Shown here: piece after piece, positions 11,458-22,091 of the stretch
How the letters are laid out: each line of letters opens with the position of its first letter
Position numbering within the stretch: position 1 is the stretch's first letter
Assembly: GCA_009726125.1 (NCBI GenBank)
Contig: WLIT01000002.1
Coordinates: 54,558-118,557 of the forward strand
Length of the DNA stretch: 64,000 nt
Origin: Actinomycetota bacterium
Lineage (GTDB): Bacteria > Actinomycetota > Actinomycetes > Nanopelagicales > Nanopelagicaceae
Direction of reading: 5' to 3'
Program-made: the position numbers and the translations under genes
The notes under the pieces: model-generated
Seen by the model: the letters and a program-made list of their open reading frames with translations, nothing else
The model's database searches: none
What the model was told of the DNA's origin: nothing

Positions 11458-11463
11458 CGCCCA

Positions 11464-11949
11464 ATGATAATAATTCCCGAGCTTTCAATAGAAGAGATTG
11501 CCGCATCAATAAAAGCAGTACGTAAGGCCAAAGGTCTGACGCTCCGCGAGGTAGAGGAGAAATCTGGCGGTGTTTGGAAGGCCGTAGTTATCGGTTCATA
11601 TGAGAGGTGTGACCGCGCCCTATCTGTGAAAAAAGCAATAACTCTCGCAAATTTTTATCAAGTCCCCTTGGATGAACTACTAGGGCTTCGGAAAGATGTG
11701 CGGGCTACTCCCAGAGAGAAAATCACATTGGACATACGTGCAACTACCAATCTAGCTCCAAGTGATAGCGAGAGCACAAATATTAGGAATTTTGCCACTC
11801 TGATTTGCGCAAAACGTAGAGATTGGAACGGCGAGGTACTTTCAATACGTAACTCCGATTTAACCACCATTGCTCTTCTGCTAAATAAGGATGAGGCAAC
11901 GTCGTACGATTGGCTCTTAAATCGCGGGTTACTCTTAGCAAAACCCTAA
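11464..11949 (+). CDS. bldD: BldD-family transcriptional regulator (XRE-type HTH plus C-terminal c-di-GMP-binding-type domain)
   Basis: ORF 11386..11949 was trimmed to M27. GLTLREVEEKSGGVWKAVVIGSYERCDRALSV is strongly BldD-like. The C-terminal part has RRD-X8-RNSD. It lies divergent from pyrR and next to nusB/efp, as bldD does in Streptomyces. Confidence 0.85.
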   Translation: MIIIPELSIEEIAASIKAVRKAKGLTLREVEEKSGGVWKAVVIGSYERCDRALSVKKAITLANFYQVPLDELLGLRKDVRATPREKITLDIRATTNLAPSDSESTNIRNFATLICAKRRDWNGEVLSIRNSDLTTIALLLNKDEATSYDWLLNRGLLLAKP

Positions 11950-11954
11950 ACTAA

Positions 11955-12362
11955 TTAAAGTGCAAAGGATGGTTTTAAGATAACGATTCGACCCAAAACT
12001 CCATTGATATATTTTGCAGAGTCATCAGTTGAGAGTTCGGTAGCAATTTCCACCGCTTCAGAGACGGCGATTTGATCGTCTAATCCATCTACCCAGAGCA
12101 GTTCAAAGAGTGCAATCCGCAGAATATTGCGATCAATTACAGGCATCCGGTCCATGTCCCAACCTTGGGCATATGTGGTAATAAGTTCATCAATCTTGCT
12201 GTGATGTTCCGCTACGCCGACAAGTAATTCCATTACATATTCACCCTGTGAAAGTTCTTCGGGTGGCCGCACCGCGAGAAGATCTAAAGCGCTCGCACCA
12301 CGGATATCTGCTTCGTAGAGAAAATCTAAAGCACGCTTGCGCGCCTTTCGGCGAGCACTCAC
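11955..12362 (-). CDS. nusB: Transcription antitermination factor NusB
   Basis: 135 aa reading ARRKARKRALDFLYEADIRG...ELSTDDSAKYINGVLG. Confidence 0.93.
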   Translation of the reverse strand: MSARRKARKRALDFLYEADIRGASALDLLAVRPPEELSQGEYVMELLVGVAEHHSKIDELITTYAQGWDMDRMPVIDRNILRIALFELLWVDGLDDQIAVSEAVEIATELSTDDSAKYINGVLGRIVILKPSFAL

Positions 12363-12922
12363 TAGTTTGCTCGACCTAGGTATGCGCCTGTACGGGTATC
12401 GACTAGGACTTTCTCATCTTGCTTTATAAATAACGGAACTTGAACAGTTATTCCCGTCTCTAGTGTGGCTGGCTTAGTTCCACCTGAAGAACGATCTCCC
12501 TGGAGGCCAGGTTCAGTATAAGTAATAGTCAGTTCAACGGATGCTGGTAGATCGATATAAAGCGGATTACCTTCGTGGATAGCAACATTCGCTTCACAAT
12601 TTTCAAGCATGTAATCTGCAGAATCACCGACAACTGTTGCTGAGATATTCATCTGATCAAAAGTTTTCTGATCCATGAAAACGAAATCATCGCCATCTCG
12701 ATATAAGAAGGTCATGTCACGCTTCTCGAGAATCGCAACATCTACTTTGACACCAGCGTTAAGGGTGCGATCGATAACTTTCCCGGTAGTCACAGACTTT
12801 AATTTGGTTCGAACGAACGCTGGTCCTTTCCCGGGTTTAACGTGCTGGAATTCAACTACGTTCCAGAGCTGACCGTCAATATCTAAACACATGCCGTTCT
12901 TCAAATCATTTGTTGTTGCCAT
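12362..12922 (-). CDS. efp: Elongation factor P
   Basis: [33 protein letters not shown] is the canonical EF-P N-terminus. The start was trimmed to the ATG (M3); the longest ORF starts at TTG 12928. Confidence 0.96.
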   Translation of the reverse strand: MATTNDLKNGMCLDIDGQLWNVVEFQHVKPGKGPAFVRTKLKSVTTGKVIDRTLNAGVKVDVAILEKRDMTFLYRDGDDFVFMDQKTFDQMNISATVVGDSADYMLENCEANVAIHEGNPLYIDLPASVELTITYTEPGLQGDRSSGGTKPATLETGITVQVPLFIKQDEKVLVDTRTGAYLGRAN

Positions 12923-13021
12923 TATCAAAATTCCATTTCCAAGAAAGCTTTGGCTGCGATTTGCGCCCGATGCAATGCCTTAAGAATACCTGAAGAGTTT
13001 GGGCAGTTTTACTTATCCCAG

Positions 13022-13453
13022 CTATTTAACCATGCGCGAAATTGCTATCAGCGCAAGGCGATACGAATCTGGACCAAAGCCAGCAATCGTTCCATTGGCC
13101 ACTCCAGAGATTACCGAGGTATGGCGGAACTCCTCGCGAGACATCGGATTAGAGAGATGAACTTCGATCAGCGGTGCCTTAACCATATCGGCGGCATCGC
13201 GAATTGCATATGAATAATGTGTAAATGCAGCTGGGTTGATTATCACCGGCGTGTTCTTATCAGCCGCTTCATGCAACCAGGAGATTATTTCAACTTCGCT
13301 ATCACTCTGTCTCACATCGCATTCGATATTGAATTCCTTGCCCGCCGAAACAATAAGTTCAGTTAGCGCAGGAAAATCAATATCGCCATATACCTTTGAA
13401 TCGCGCAGATCTAAGCGACCGAGATTTGGCCCATTCAAAACTAGAATTTTCAT
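13022..13453 (-). CDS. aroQ: Type II 3-dehydroquinate dehydratase
   Basis: 143 aa reading MKILVLNGPNLGRL...INPAAFTHYSYAIRDA...EVHLSN. Confidence 0.95.
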   Translation of the reverse strand: MKILVLNGPNLGRLDLRDSKVYGDIDFPALTELIVSAGKEFNIECDVRQSDSEVEIISWLHEAADKNTPVIINPAAFTHYSYAIRDAADMVKAPLIEVHLSNPMSREEFRHTSVISGVANGTIAGFGPDSYRLALIAISRMVK

Positions 13454-14490
13454 AGGGAAATTCTCTCATAGGCGCCTGCTAATTCGTCGCTAGTTATATT
13501 CTCTAGCCAGATGGGTTTAGCAACGCCTTCTAAACCAATAAACCTCAAGTTAGCCCCACGTGCCTTCTTATCACTCGACATTAAATCCAAGAGTTTCGGA
13601 AATTCTCCGCTCTTGTATGCGATCGGTAGTTCATATTTTAAAAGCAGTTCGCGATGCCTCAACACAACTTCATTTCCAAGTTTCCCGACCAGATTGCTAA
13701 GTTCCGCGGCAAAAACTAACCCAATCGAAACCGCTTCACCATGTCGAAGCTTGTAGCTCTCCAATTTTTCAACCGCATGACCAAGAGTGTGACCGTAATT
13801 AAGAATTTCACGCAGTCGACTCTCCTTGAAATCGGCGCTAACAACCCTTGCCTTCACATCAATGCTGCGCCAGATTAATTCCGAGATATTCTTCTTAGCA
13901 TCGTCTGCTAAATCCAAAATAATTGGGTCCGCTATGAAACCAGCCTTTATGACTTCTGCCATTCCCGCATTGAAATCTCTGGCAGGAAGCGATTGCAACA
14001 AACTCTCATCGATCGTTACGGATCCTGGTGAATAAAATGATCCGATTAAATTCTTTCCGTGCTCACTATTAATTCCAGTTTTGCCACCAATCGCCGCATC
14101 AACCATCCCGGCAAGTGAAGTTGGGATTGCATGCCAAGTGATTCCACGAAGCCAAGTGGCCGCAACAAAACCAGCCAAATCAGTTGTTGCTCCCCCACCA
14201 ATACCTACTATGGAATCACTTCGAGTTAATCCGAAATCACCGCAAATCTTCCACATCTTCAGGAGGAATTCAGGAGACTTTGCAGCCTCGCCATTGGGGG
14301 TGCTAACTATTTCAATTTTCGACTTTAGCTCTTGAAAATTCGCATCCATTTTTAAAAGTGCAACCAGTTCGACTGGCGCAACTATTAACGTTTTTTCGTG
14401 GGCTTTTGCAATCTCAACAATCGCATCACGCCATTTACGATCGAAATTTACTGAATATTCGCGCTCTGCTTTAATCGAAATAGATTTCAT
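13450..14490 (-). CDS. aroB: 3-dehydroquinate synthase
   Basis: 346 aa with GIGGGATTDLAGFVAATWLRGI and LNYGHTLGHA. It overlaps both neighbours by 4 nt. Confidence 0.95.
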   Translation of the reverse strand: MKSISIKAEREYSVNFDRKWRDAIVEIAKAHEKTLIVAPVELVALLKMDANFQELKSKIEIVSTPNGEAAKSPEFLLKMWKICGDFGLTRSDSIVGIGGGATTDLAGFVAATWLRGITWHAIPTSLAGMVDAAIGGKTGINSEHGKNLIGSFYSPGSVTIDESLLQSLPARDFNAGMAEVIKAGFIADPIILDLADDAKKNISELIWRSIDVKARVVSADFKESRLREILNYGHTLGHAVEKLESYKLRHGEAVSIGLVFAAELSNLVGKLGNEVVLRHRELLLKYELPIAYKSGEFPKLLDLMSSDKKARGANLRFIGLEGVAKPIWLENITSDELAGAYERISL

Positions 14491-14999
14491 ATCTTAATTC
14501 CCAGCGCCGAAATAATTTCTTGAGCAACTTCGATCGGTTTACGATTATCTGTTTTTATCTGAAGTGTTGATAAAGATTCATAGATCGGTCTACGAACTTC
14601 CATTAGAGCGAGCCACTGCTGGCGCGGATTAATTGTTAAGAGAGGACGTTCCTTATTGAACCCGACTCTAGGCGCAGCTTGTGAGATTGAAACTTCCAAA
14701 TAAGCAACAGGTAGGCCACTCTTTTTTAGTAACTCGGAAACCTCGGGATCCAAAACTGATCCGCCACCCAATGCGACCACACCATTCGCCTCTGTTAGCG
14801 CTTCGATGACGACTTCTTTTTCGATCGCACGGAATGCCGGCTCGCCATCTTCGGTAAAAATCTCTGAAATCTTCTTGCCACTTCGTTTTTCGACCTCTAC
14901 ATCGGTATCCAAAATTTCACATTGCAATAGCTTTGCGAGTTGCCTTCCAACTGAAGATTTACCCGCTCCTGGCGGGCCAATGAGAACCGCCTTTGGCAT
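14487..14999 (-). CDS. aroK: Shikimate kinase
   Basis: 170 aa with the P-loop GPPGAGKSSVGRQLA and a GGG(S)V motif. Confidence 0.93.
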   Translation of the reverse strand: MPKAVLIGPPGAGKSSVGRQLAKLLQCEILDTDVEVEKRSGKKISEIFTEDGEPAFRAIEKEVVIEALTEANGVVALGGGSVLDPEVSELLKKSGLPVAYLEVSISQAAPRVGFNKERPLLTINPRQQWLALMEVRRPIYESLSTLQIKTDNRKPIEVAQEIISALGIKI

Positions 15000-16183
15000 T
15001 ATGCGATTCCGAGATTCTCGATGTAATTCTTAAAGTTGCGTGCAACTTCGCCAACGCTATCGCCACCAAATTTTTCAAGAACTGCATCGGCCAAAACAAG
15101 TGCGACCATTGCCTCGGCGACAATCCCTGCGGCGGGAACTGCACAAACATCAGAACGTTGATTAATAGCCTTTGCTGCTTCACCAGTGGCAGTATCGATT
15201 GTGTCTAGGGCTTTAGGGACCGTTGAAATAGGTTTCATTGCTGCGCGAACCCGCAAAATTTCTCCGTTAGTGATTCCGCCTTCTGTTCCACCAGCACGAT
15301 CTGTTCGTCTAACAATTTTTCCAGCAGCGTTCTTCTCAATTTCATCATGTGCAGATGATCCACGTCGCCTTGCAGATTCAAATCCATCACCGAGTTCCAC
15401 ACCCTTAATCGCCTGAATTCCCATTAGCGCAGCTGCAAGTTTGGAATCCAATCGGCGGTCCCAATGAGTGTGGGCACCAAGTCCAACCGGAACGTTAAAA
15501 GCCAGAACCTCTACAACTCCGCCTAAGGTGTCGCCATCTTTATGTGCGCTTTCAATCTCTTTAACCATCTCTGCGCTAAGAGATTTATCAGCAGCTCTCA
15601 CTGGATCTTCATCGACTACTGTGCGGTCTGCATAGGTTGGTAACTTGTAATCCGCTTTCGCCACAGCGCTACCTATAGAAATAACGTGGCTCATAATCTT
15701 TATTCCAATAGCTTGATCGAGAAAAGCCCGCGCTACTGCGCCAAGTGCAACACGAGCAGCAGTTTCACGTGCACTAGCTCTCTCTAAGATTGGCCGTGCA
15801 TCATCGAAGTTATACTTCTGCATTCCGACTAAATCTGCATGTCCGGGCCTAGGTCGAGTTAGTGGTGCATTTCTGGCTAATTCACTTAACTCTTTTTGAT
15901 CCACTATTTCTGGTGCCATTACCTTCGACCATTTGGGCCATTCTGAATTCCCAATCTGAAGCGATATCGGACCGCCTTGTGATTTTCCGTGTCGGACTCC
16001 ACCAAGAATCGAAACCACATCAGCTTCAAAAGTCTGTCTAGCCCCACGACCAAAACCTAATCGTCTACGTTGCAAATCTGCATCGATCATCTCTTTGGTA
16101 ATTTCAATATGTGCGGGCATTCCTTCGAGGATTGCACTAAGTGCAGGTCCATGAGATTCACCAGCGGTTAACCAACGAATCAC
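14999..16183 (-). CDS. aroC: Chorismate synthase
   Basis: ORF 14999..16300 was trimmed to the GTG (V40), which gives the canonical N-terminus (M)[21 protein letters not shown] lies 7 nt upstream. The trimming removes the overlap with the upstream membrane-protein gene. Confidence 0.94.
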   Translation of the reverse strand: MIRWLTAGESHGPALSAILEGMPAHIEITKEMIDADLQRRRLGFGRGARQTFEADVVSILGGVRHGKSQGGPISLQIGNSEWPKWSKVMAPEIVDQKELSELARNAPLTRPRPGHADLVGMQKYNFDDARPILERASARETAARVALGAVARAFLDQAIGIKIMSHVISIGSAVAKADYKLPTYADRTVVDEDPVRAADKSLSAEMVKEIESAHKDGDTLGGVVEVLAFNVPVGLGAHTHWDRRLDSKLAAALMGIQAIKGVELGDGFESARRRGSSAHDEIEKNAAGKIVRRTDRAGGTEGGITNGEILRVRAAMKPISTVPKALDTIDTATGEAAKAINQRSDVCAVPAAGIVAEAMVALVLADAVLEKFGGDSVGEVARNFKNYIENLGIA

Positions 16184-16277
16184 GGCAACTCCCTTAATTT
16201 TCTTTGAAATAATCCGCCACCGCGGATTGCAGGCTCTTATTGTGTCAGATGTTGGATACTTCGCGCTTGAAATAGGG

Positions 16278-16691
16278 CTATATCGAAGCGAGAAAGCCAA
16301 GAAAAATAAATGGCGCGAATGGAATACTGGAACCGAGCCTTCGCAAATAAAGGGATGAAGCGATGCTAAAAATTCCCCCTAATATCCAAGACCATGCAAA
16401 AAACACTAACCATTCCAAGAAAACCGGGCTCCAAATCGTCATAACCCAGAACAACTTTAAATCCCCCGAACCTACTCGCCCGCTAAAGATTAGGTGAATC
16501 GCGATTAATAGGCACGTGGCAAGGCATACGCTAATTAAAAAAGTTAAACCAAGAAACTCTATATTTAATAGAACCGAGAAGATCGCGAAGAAAAGCAAGC
16601 TTCTATTGCTGATAACTCGACGAGTGATATCGCTCTTTGAAATTATGAGAGCAAAGGTTAGGTAACCAAACTGAGCAAATACTTCAAACAT
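16278..16691 (-). CDS. Small polytopic membrane protein, prepilin peptidase (A24)-like
   Basis: 137 aa with about 4-5 hydrophobic spans. It has two Asp motifs reminiscent of A24 aspartic peptidases ([12 protein letters not shown] and GSGDLKLF). It sits between aroE and aroC, where short A24-like genes occur in other Actinobacteria (from memory). Confidence 0.5.
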   Translation of the reverse strand: MFEVFAQFGYLTFALIISKSDITRRVISNRSLLFFAIFSVLLNIEFLGLTFLISVCLATCLLIAIHLIFSGRVGSGDLKLFWVMTIWSPVFLEWLVFFAWSWILGGIFSIASSLYLRRLGSSIPFAPFIFLGFLASI

Positions 16692-16742
16692 TCTGACAAT
16701 TTAGCGGAGACAGTCTTTCAAATTCCCCACCTGTGGATATCT

Positions 16743-17531
16743 CTAATCCTTTGAGATATGGGCCAACAACTGTGTCCGCATTGAATCAAAGTCAAAAGTT
16801 TGTGCGGAGAAGATCTCTATCTGGAATAGCGCCTGTTCAACTAGCAGATCACGACCACTAATTACGCGACCTCCCAGTTCGGTATATCGATTAACTAAAG
16901 CTGTTGGCCAGGGCTTATAAAGACATTCGACCAAAACCCCTTGCGCGCTTTTCAGGTTTTGGATATGAGCATCGAAAGCATTTGCTGGTGTACTTTGAAT
17001 TATTAGATCATATGAATCTAAGTTTGCAGACATCTCTAGGCGAGTCAATAAAACGTCAGGAGCCGCTTCAGCCATTGCCACTAGCCGATCTGGTGAACGG
17101 AGCAGCACATCAATTTCTGCCACCTTAGTGTTTAGTGCACCTGCTGCAGCTCGAGCTGTTCCCCCACCACCTATGATGGCGACTTTCGAATCAGTCGAAA
17201 CCTCAAGAAGATTAGCGAACGCCAAGCAATCGGTTGATGTCGCGTTCCATTCATTACCTAATCTATACAAAGTGTTTGCAGAATTGATCCTACGAGCAGT
17301 CTCACTTACTTCTGTGCAATATCTAATTGCGATCTCTTTAAGTGGCATCGTCAAGGAGAAGCCAGTCCAATTACCTTTCGAGCTCTCTGCATAGAAGTTA
17401 GGGAATGTCTCTTCATTGACTTCAACTGCCGTGTAATCCCCAGCAATCCCAAGTATTTCGTAGGCTCTCTTATGGATTTTTGGCGAGAGGGAATGAGTTA
17501 TGGGCGATCCCAATACCGCAGCTTTAATCAT
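16743..17531 (-). CDS. aroE: Shikimate dehydrogenase
   Basis: 262 aa with GSPITHSLSPKIH, the NAT(S)TD motif and IGGGGTARA. Confidence 0.9.
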   Translation of the reverse strand: MIKAAVLGSPITHSLSPKIHKRAYEILGIAGDYTAVEVNEETFPNFYAESSKGNWTGFSLTMPLKEIAIRYCTEVSETARRINSANTLYRLGNEWNATSTDCLAFANLLEVSTDSKVAIIGGGGTARAAAGALNTKVAEIDVLLRSPDRLVAMAEAAPDVLLTRLEMSANLDSYDLIIQSTPANAFDAHIQNLKSAQGVLVECLYKPWPTALVNRYTELGGRVISGRDLLVEQALFQIEIFSAQTFDFDSMRTQLLAHISKD

Positions 17532-18529
17532 TTAAATTTACCTGCCGCCACATTCTTATTGAACTCCGTATTCCAATTTGAGAATTCTGTGAAATTCTTG
17601 GTGAATCGAGTATCACCAGGAGCAACAGTAATGAAATATAACCAATCCCCGCTTGCAGGCTTCAGGCTTGCCGCGATTGCGTCAAGGCTCGGATTAGAAA
17701 TTGGCGTAGGGGGCAGGCCGGCGTACTTATAAGTGTTGTATGGCGAATCTATTTTTGTCGCCTTATTTGAGAGGAGAATCTTTCCACGCGAATTAGCAGC
17801 ATATTGAACGGTTGAATTTAATTGCAAGGCCATTCCAATCTGCAGCCGGTTATAGATAACTCTTGCCACTTTGGCAAAATCTTCTAAATCGCCTTCAACT
17901 TGAACCATTGATGCAATCGTTAGAACCTCGAAGGGTTTGTATTTGTCATAGCCCGCAGCAAGGCCAATTCCGGAGGTTTCAATTCTGGCCTTTTTAACCA
18001 TCGTCGCTAGCGCTTCCGACATCGAAGTATTCGGAGTGAAAGAATAATGTGCCGGGAAGAGTGAGCCCTCTAAAGATTTTGTGGCCTTAGGAAATATCGA
18101 TTCAACTGTTGCGTAACTCATATCCTTCTTCGAGATGTGGTCATTTGCACGCAATTGCTTTAGTACATCAGAGAAGGTGGACCCCTCCTTCACTAACAAT
18201 AAGTTATTCAAACGTTTTGGATCTAGAAGTTGCGAGATTGCAAGCTTCGCTGGGATATGGAGTTGGATCGAATGCGATCCCGCGCTTATTCCTTGTGCTT
18301 TTGGATCTTTAGTGAATTCCTCCACAAAGTGCGCCGCACTCTTGATAACGCCGCGTTTCTCCAAATTAGTAGCAATTGAACTTCCGAGTTCGCCATCTGC
18401 TATAACAAATTCAATCTCTTTGCCGGGTTCATTTGAAGGGAAATCGCTCTGTGGTTGTAGCCGAATAAAACCAATAATCAAAAGCAGCCCAACTAGAGCC
18501 AAGGCTGTCACTCTAAGTTTTCTATTCAT
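17528..18529 (-). CDS. mltG: Endolytic murein transglycosylase MltG (YceG family)
   Basis: 333 aa with an N-terminal TM segment, the C-terminal motif NTYKYAGLPPTPISNPS and WLYFI. Confidence 0.9.
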   Translation of the reverse strand: MNRKLRVTALALVGLLLIIGFIRLQPQSDFPSNEPGKEIEFVIADGELGSSIATNLEKRGVIKSAAHFVEEFTKDPKAQGISAGSHSIQLHIPAKLAISQLLDPKRLNNLLLVKEGSTFSDVLKQLRANDHISKKDMSYATVESIFPKATKSLEGSLFPAHYSFTPNTSMSEALATMVKKARIETSGIGLAAGYDKYKPFEVLTIASMVQVEGDLEDFAKVARVIYNRLQIGMALQLNSTVQYAANSRGKILLSNKATKIDSPYNTYKYAGLPPTPISNPSLDAIAASLKPASGDWLYFITVAPGDTRFTKNFTEFSNWNTEFNKNVAAGKFK

Positions 18530-18975
18530 GGTTCAAAAGTCTTGATCGGCGCACCCTGAGCGCGCTCTTGATTTAGTGCGGAATCTAGAATCGCACTCGC
18601 CGCCATGGAGTCAATCTCGCCTTTGGCCGATTTAGAATTCAAACCAGCTTCACGCAGAGTACGGCTGGCAGACACCGTAGTCATTCGCTCATCTATCAAG
18701 TAGATCGGGTTTGGTGTGATCTCGCTAATTAAGAGAGCAAATTGCGTAACGCTCGCACTTTTCGCGCTCTCACTTCCTGATAAATGAAGTGGAAATCCAA
18801 TCGCAGTATAAATTGGATCGTATTCTTGATATAGGTCTACTAAGTTAGAGCGCAACTTCTCTGCAGAATTAGCTATGAAATCTAGCGGTGATGCAAGAAT
18901 CCCTGACGAATCTGTAATTGCCACACCGATGCGAACATCGCCGAAATCGAAGGCAATTCGTCGTCCCGGCCTCAC
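18526..18975 (-). CDS. ruvX: Holliday junction resolvase-like pre-16S rRNA nuclease RuvX/YqgF
   Basis: 149 aa with RIAFDFGDVRIGVAI and DERMTT. It lies directly downstream of alaS. Confidence 0.9.
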   Translation of the reverse strand: MRPGRRIAFDFGDVRIGVAITDSSGILASPLDFIANSAEKLRSNLVDLYQEYDPIYTAIGFPLHLSGSESAKSASVTQFALLISEITPNPIYLIDERMTTVSASRTLREAGLNSKSAKGEIDSMAASAILDSALNQERAQGAPIKTFEP

Positions 18976-21660
18976 TTACTTACCCGCTATTTGGCCTATT
19001 GATTTACTTATTGCACTCAATGCGTTGGCGATCTCGGAATGGTTTGCGCCGCCGCCTTGTGCGAAATCATCTTTTCCGCCACCTCCGCCACCAAGTATTT
19101 CTGAACCCAACTTAACAAGTGCGCCAGCTTTTATGCCCGACTTTATTGCCTTTGGAGAGGCTGCAACAACAAGTGTTGATCTATCAGAACCCTTAGAGGC
19201 AAGAATTACTATTCCATCAGATAGGCGATTACGTAAATCTAGAGAGATAGTCCGTAGATCATCTCCAGAAATATTCGGTTCTAACTCTGCGCTGAGAACT
19301 TCAAAGCCCGAAACCTTAGATGTGGATTTCAAAAGTTCTGAAGCTGTAGCTAATATTTGTGCCGTCTTGAAAGTAGCCAGCTCCTTCTCAACGCTCTTCA
19401 ATCTATCGATTAAATCCGAAATCCTTGCAGGTAGCTCTTCAATTCGAGCGCCCTTAATAATTTCAGTGAGTGAATTCAATAGTAAGTGTTCGCGGGCCAA
19501 AAAGCCGTAGGCATCTCGACCGACTAGAGCTTCAACTCGTCGTACTCCCGCACCAATAGATGCTTCTGAAAGTAATTTCACTACTCCTAATTCACCAGAT
19601 GATTTAACGTGGGTACCGCCACATAATTCATGGGCCCAATCACCGACGCTCACCACTCGCACTTGATCGCCATATTTTTCACCGAAAAGTGCCATTGCAC
19701 CCATTGCTTTCGCTTCTGGCTGCGTCATAACTTTTGCTGTAACCTTTAAATTATCTAAGAGTAAATTATTAACGCGTCCTTCTACCTCTTCTAAAACACT
19801 TGCAGGAACTGCGCCCGTTGCAGGAAAATCAAATCTAAATCGTCCTGGCGAATTCTCTGATCCAGCCTGAGTAGCGGTCTCCCCAAGAATCTCACGGAAG
19901 GCTTTGTGAACCATATGAGTTGCAGTATGAGCCCGGGATATTGCTAAACGTCTCTCAATATCAATGGTTGCGATTGCAACGCTCTTTTTATCAACCGATC
20001 CAGATATAACTTGTCCTCTGTGGATATATAACCCTGGTACAGGTGTTTGCACATCATCAATTTCGACAACCGCACCATTCGAAAGTGTTATCAAACCCCC
20101 ATCCGGTAATTGCCCGCCGCCTTCAGCATAAAATGGAGTTCTATCCAAAATAAGTTCTACATCGGTATTGATGTCAGCTTCCTGCACCGATTTACCGTCA
20201 ACCATTATTGCTGCAATTTTTGACTCGCTACTGGTCTCGGTATATCCCGTGAACTTTGTTGCACCGCTCGCATCAAGAATTTTTCGATATTCACTTACAT
20301 CGGTGTGGCCGGTCTTCTTTGTACGCGCATCAGCTTTTGCGCGATCCTTCTGTTCCTTCATCAATTTTCGGAATCCTTCTTCATCTACCGAGAGCCCAGC
20401 TTCACTTGCCATCTCTAGAGTTAGATCAAATGGGAATCCATAGGTATCGTGCAGTTTAAATACTGTATCGCCATCTAACTTTGTTGATTTTGATTTCTTT
20501 ACACTCCCCGCAGCAACATCGAATATTTGAGTCCCACTCTTAAGGGTTGTAAGGAAAGATTCCTCTTCGTTAACGGTCACCGCAGTTATGCGCTCTTTAT
20601 TCTCAACCAGTTCAGGATATTGCGTTCCCATTGCACCTATTGCAGCAGCAACTAATTCGCGAGAAGTCGGGTCGCCCGCGCCAAGAATTCGCATATTTCT
20701 AATTGTGCGGCGCATCATGCGACGGAGAACATATCCTCTTCCTTCATTCCCAGGTAGAACGCCATCACCAATCAACATCATTGAAGTGCGTGCGTGGTCA
20801 GCGATAACTCTAAGAGCAACATCGCTCTTCTCATTCGCGCCATATTTAACACCCGTTAACTCTGATGCCACATTGAGAATCTGCATCGTCGTATCGATTT
20901 CATAAATGTTTTCCACGCCTTGAAGGAGCGCCGCCATGCGCTCTAAGCCCAACCCGGTATCAATACTCTTAGCGGGAAGTTCACCGAGGATAGGAAAATC
21001 ATCTTTCCCAGAACCAGAGCCGCGCATATTTTGCATGAAAACTAAATTCCAGACCTCTAAATATCTATCTTCATTTGCAATCGGTCCACCGTCGCGCCCA
21101 TATTCTGGACCGCGGTCATAATAAATTTCGGAGCAAGGCCCACAAGGTCCCGGTACTCCCATTGACCAAAAATTATCTTCCATGCCGCGCCGTTGAATGC
21201 GTTCTTTTGGAATACCAATCTTCTTATGCCAAATATCAGCTGCTTCATCGTCAGTCTGAAAAACTGTTACCCACAGTTTCTCTTCTGGAAATCCATATCC
21301 CCCATTAGCCACAGGTTTTGTTAATAACTCCCAAGCAAGAGCGATTGCTCCCTCTTTAAAGTAATCGCCAAAGGAGAAATTTCCGCACATTTGAAAGAAG
21401 GATGCATGTCTAGTTGTTTTACCAACCTCATCAATATCAAGAGTTCGCACACACTTTTGGACCGAGGTCGCCCTTGCATATGGTGCTTTTATTTCGCCAA
21501 GAAAAAATGGTTTAAAGGGAACCATTCCCGCGTTAACTAAAAGTAAGTTTGGATCGTCAGCGATTAAAGACGCTGATGGAACAACTGTGTGTTTTAGACC
21601 TTGGCTATTTCCAGATTCAAAAAAATTAAGCCAACGAGTTCTTATCTCAGCAGAATTCAC
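18976..21660 (-). CDS. alaS: Alanine--tRNA ligase
   Basis: 894 aa with the class II core, the editing-domain HTATH motif and a C-terminal GGGGGGK..FAQGGG. Confidence 0.98.
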   Translation of the reverse strand: MNSAEIRTRWLNFFESGNSQGLKHTVVPSASLIADDPNLLLVNAGMVPFKPFFLGEIKAPYARATSVQKCVRTLDIDEVGKTTRHASFFQMCGNFSFGDYFKEGAIALAWELLTKPVANGGYGFPEEKLWVTVFQTDDEAADIWHKKIGIPKERIQRRGMEDNFWSMGVPGPCGPCSEIYYDRGPEYGRDGGPIANEDRYLEVWNLVFMQNMRGSGSGKDDFPILGELPAKSIDTGLGLERMAALLQGVENIYEIDTTMQILNVASELTGVKYGANEKSDVALRVIADHARTSMMLIGDGVLPGNEGRGYVLRRMMRRTIRNMRILGAGDPTSRELVAAAIGAMGTQYPELVENKERITAVTVNEEESFLTTLKSGTQIFDVAAGSVKKSKSTKLDGDTVFKLHDTYGFPFDLTLEMASEAGLSVDEEGFRKLMKEQKDRAKADARTKKTGHTDVSEYRKILDASGATKFTGYTETSSESKIAAIMVDGKSVQEADINTDVELILDRTPFYAEGGGQLPDGGLITLSNGAVVEIDDVQTPVPGLYIHRGQVISGSVDKKSVAIATIDIERRLAISRAHTATHMVHKAFREILGETATQAGSENSPGRFRFDFPATGAVPASVLEEVEGRVNNLLLDNLKVTAKVMTQPEAKAMGAMALFGEKYGDQVRVVSVGDWAHELCGGTHVKSSGELGVVKLLSEASIGAGVRRVEALVGRDAYGFLAREHLLLNSLTEIIKGARIEELPARISDLIDRLKSVEKELATFKTAQILATASELLKSTSKVSGFEVLSAELEPNISGDDLRTISLDLRNRLSDGIVILASKGSDRSTLVVAASPKAIKSGIKAGALVKLGSEILGGGGGGKDDFAQGGGANHSEIANALSAISKSIGQIAGK

Positions 21661-21664
21661 GCGA

Positions 21665-22066
21665 CTACTCGAACTCCTCGTCGGGCGCGACTTTCTTACT
21701 CTTCTTCTTCCCTTTTTTCTTACTTTCGGATTCCGCCTTCATTTTGGAGACGGCGAGCAGAGCGCCTGCTGCGTTCATTGCCATTTTATTCTTATCCAAA
21801 AAGCCTTCAGTTTTATCTGAAATCTTTGTCGTGAGACCTTCAACAGTTTTCGTTACCTTGTTAATGCTTTGTAGAGGTCCATTAATTAATTCAACGGTCA
21901 AAGTAACCTCTTCTAGGAGAGGTGTGACTTCCGCAGTTAAGTCAGTTATTGCGGCTCCTGCTTGATCAACCAATTTGCCGACTCGTATAACGGCATAGCC
22001 AAGTGCCAGCGCAATTACGAGAAGCGAAATCGCTGCGATAATTGTTGCAATTCCACCTGGGCCCAT
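21665..22066 (-). CDS. DUF948-like membrane-anchored coiled-coil protein with a Lys-rich tail
   Basis: 133 aa with an N-terminal TM segment ([21 protein letters not shown]), a helical repeat region and the tail [10 protein letters not shown]. It is tightly packed between the FtsH-like gene and alaS. Confidence 0.65.
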   Translation of the reverse strand: MGPGGIATIIAAISLLVIALALGYAVIRVGKLVDQAGAAITDLTAEVTPLLEEVTLTVELINGPLQSINKVTKTVEGLTTKISDKTEGFLDKNKMAMNAAGALLAVSKMKAESESKKKGKKKSKKVAPDEEFE

Positions 22067-22091
22067 AGTTCAAGCCTACCTGATAGGCGAC

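Noticed and set aside
11340-11463. A search for a BldD box (TNAC-N5-GTNA) for autoregulation in the pyrR-bldD intergenic region.
   Set aside because: Only a trivial 4-bp inverted repeat (CCAC-CT-GTGG at about 11411..11420) was found. It does not match the Streptomyces consensus.
18875-19510. A 211-aa plus-strand ORF, together with neighbouring 60-110-aa plus-strand ORFs across 18.9-21.3 kb.
   Set aside because: It is entirely antisense to ruvX and alaS, which have unambiguous homology. Its translation is low-complexity (S/P/A/I-rich) with no recognisable motifs. This is the typical shadow ORF of a long highly expressed gene.
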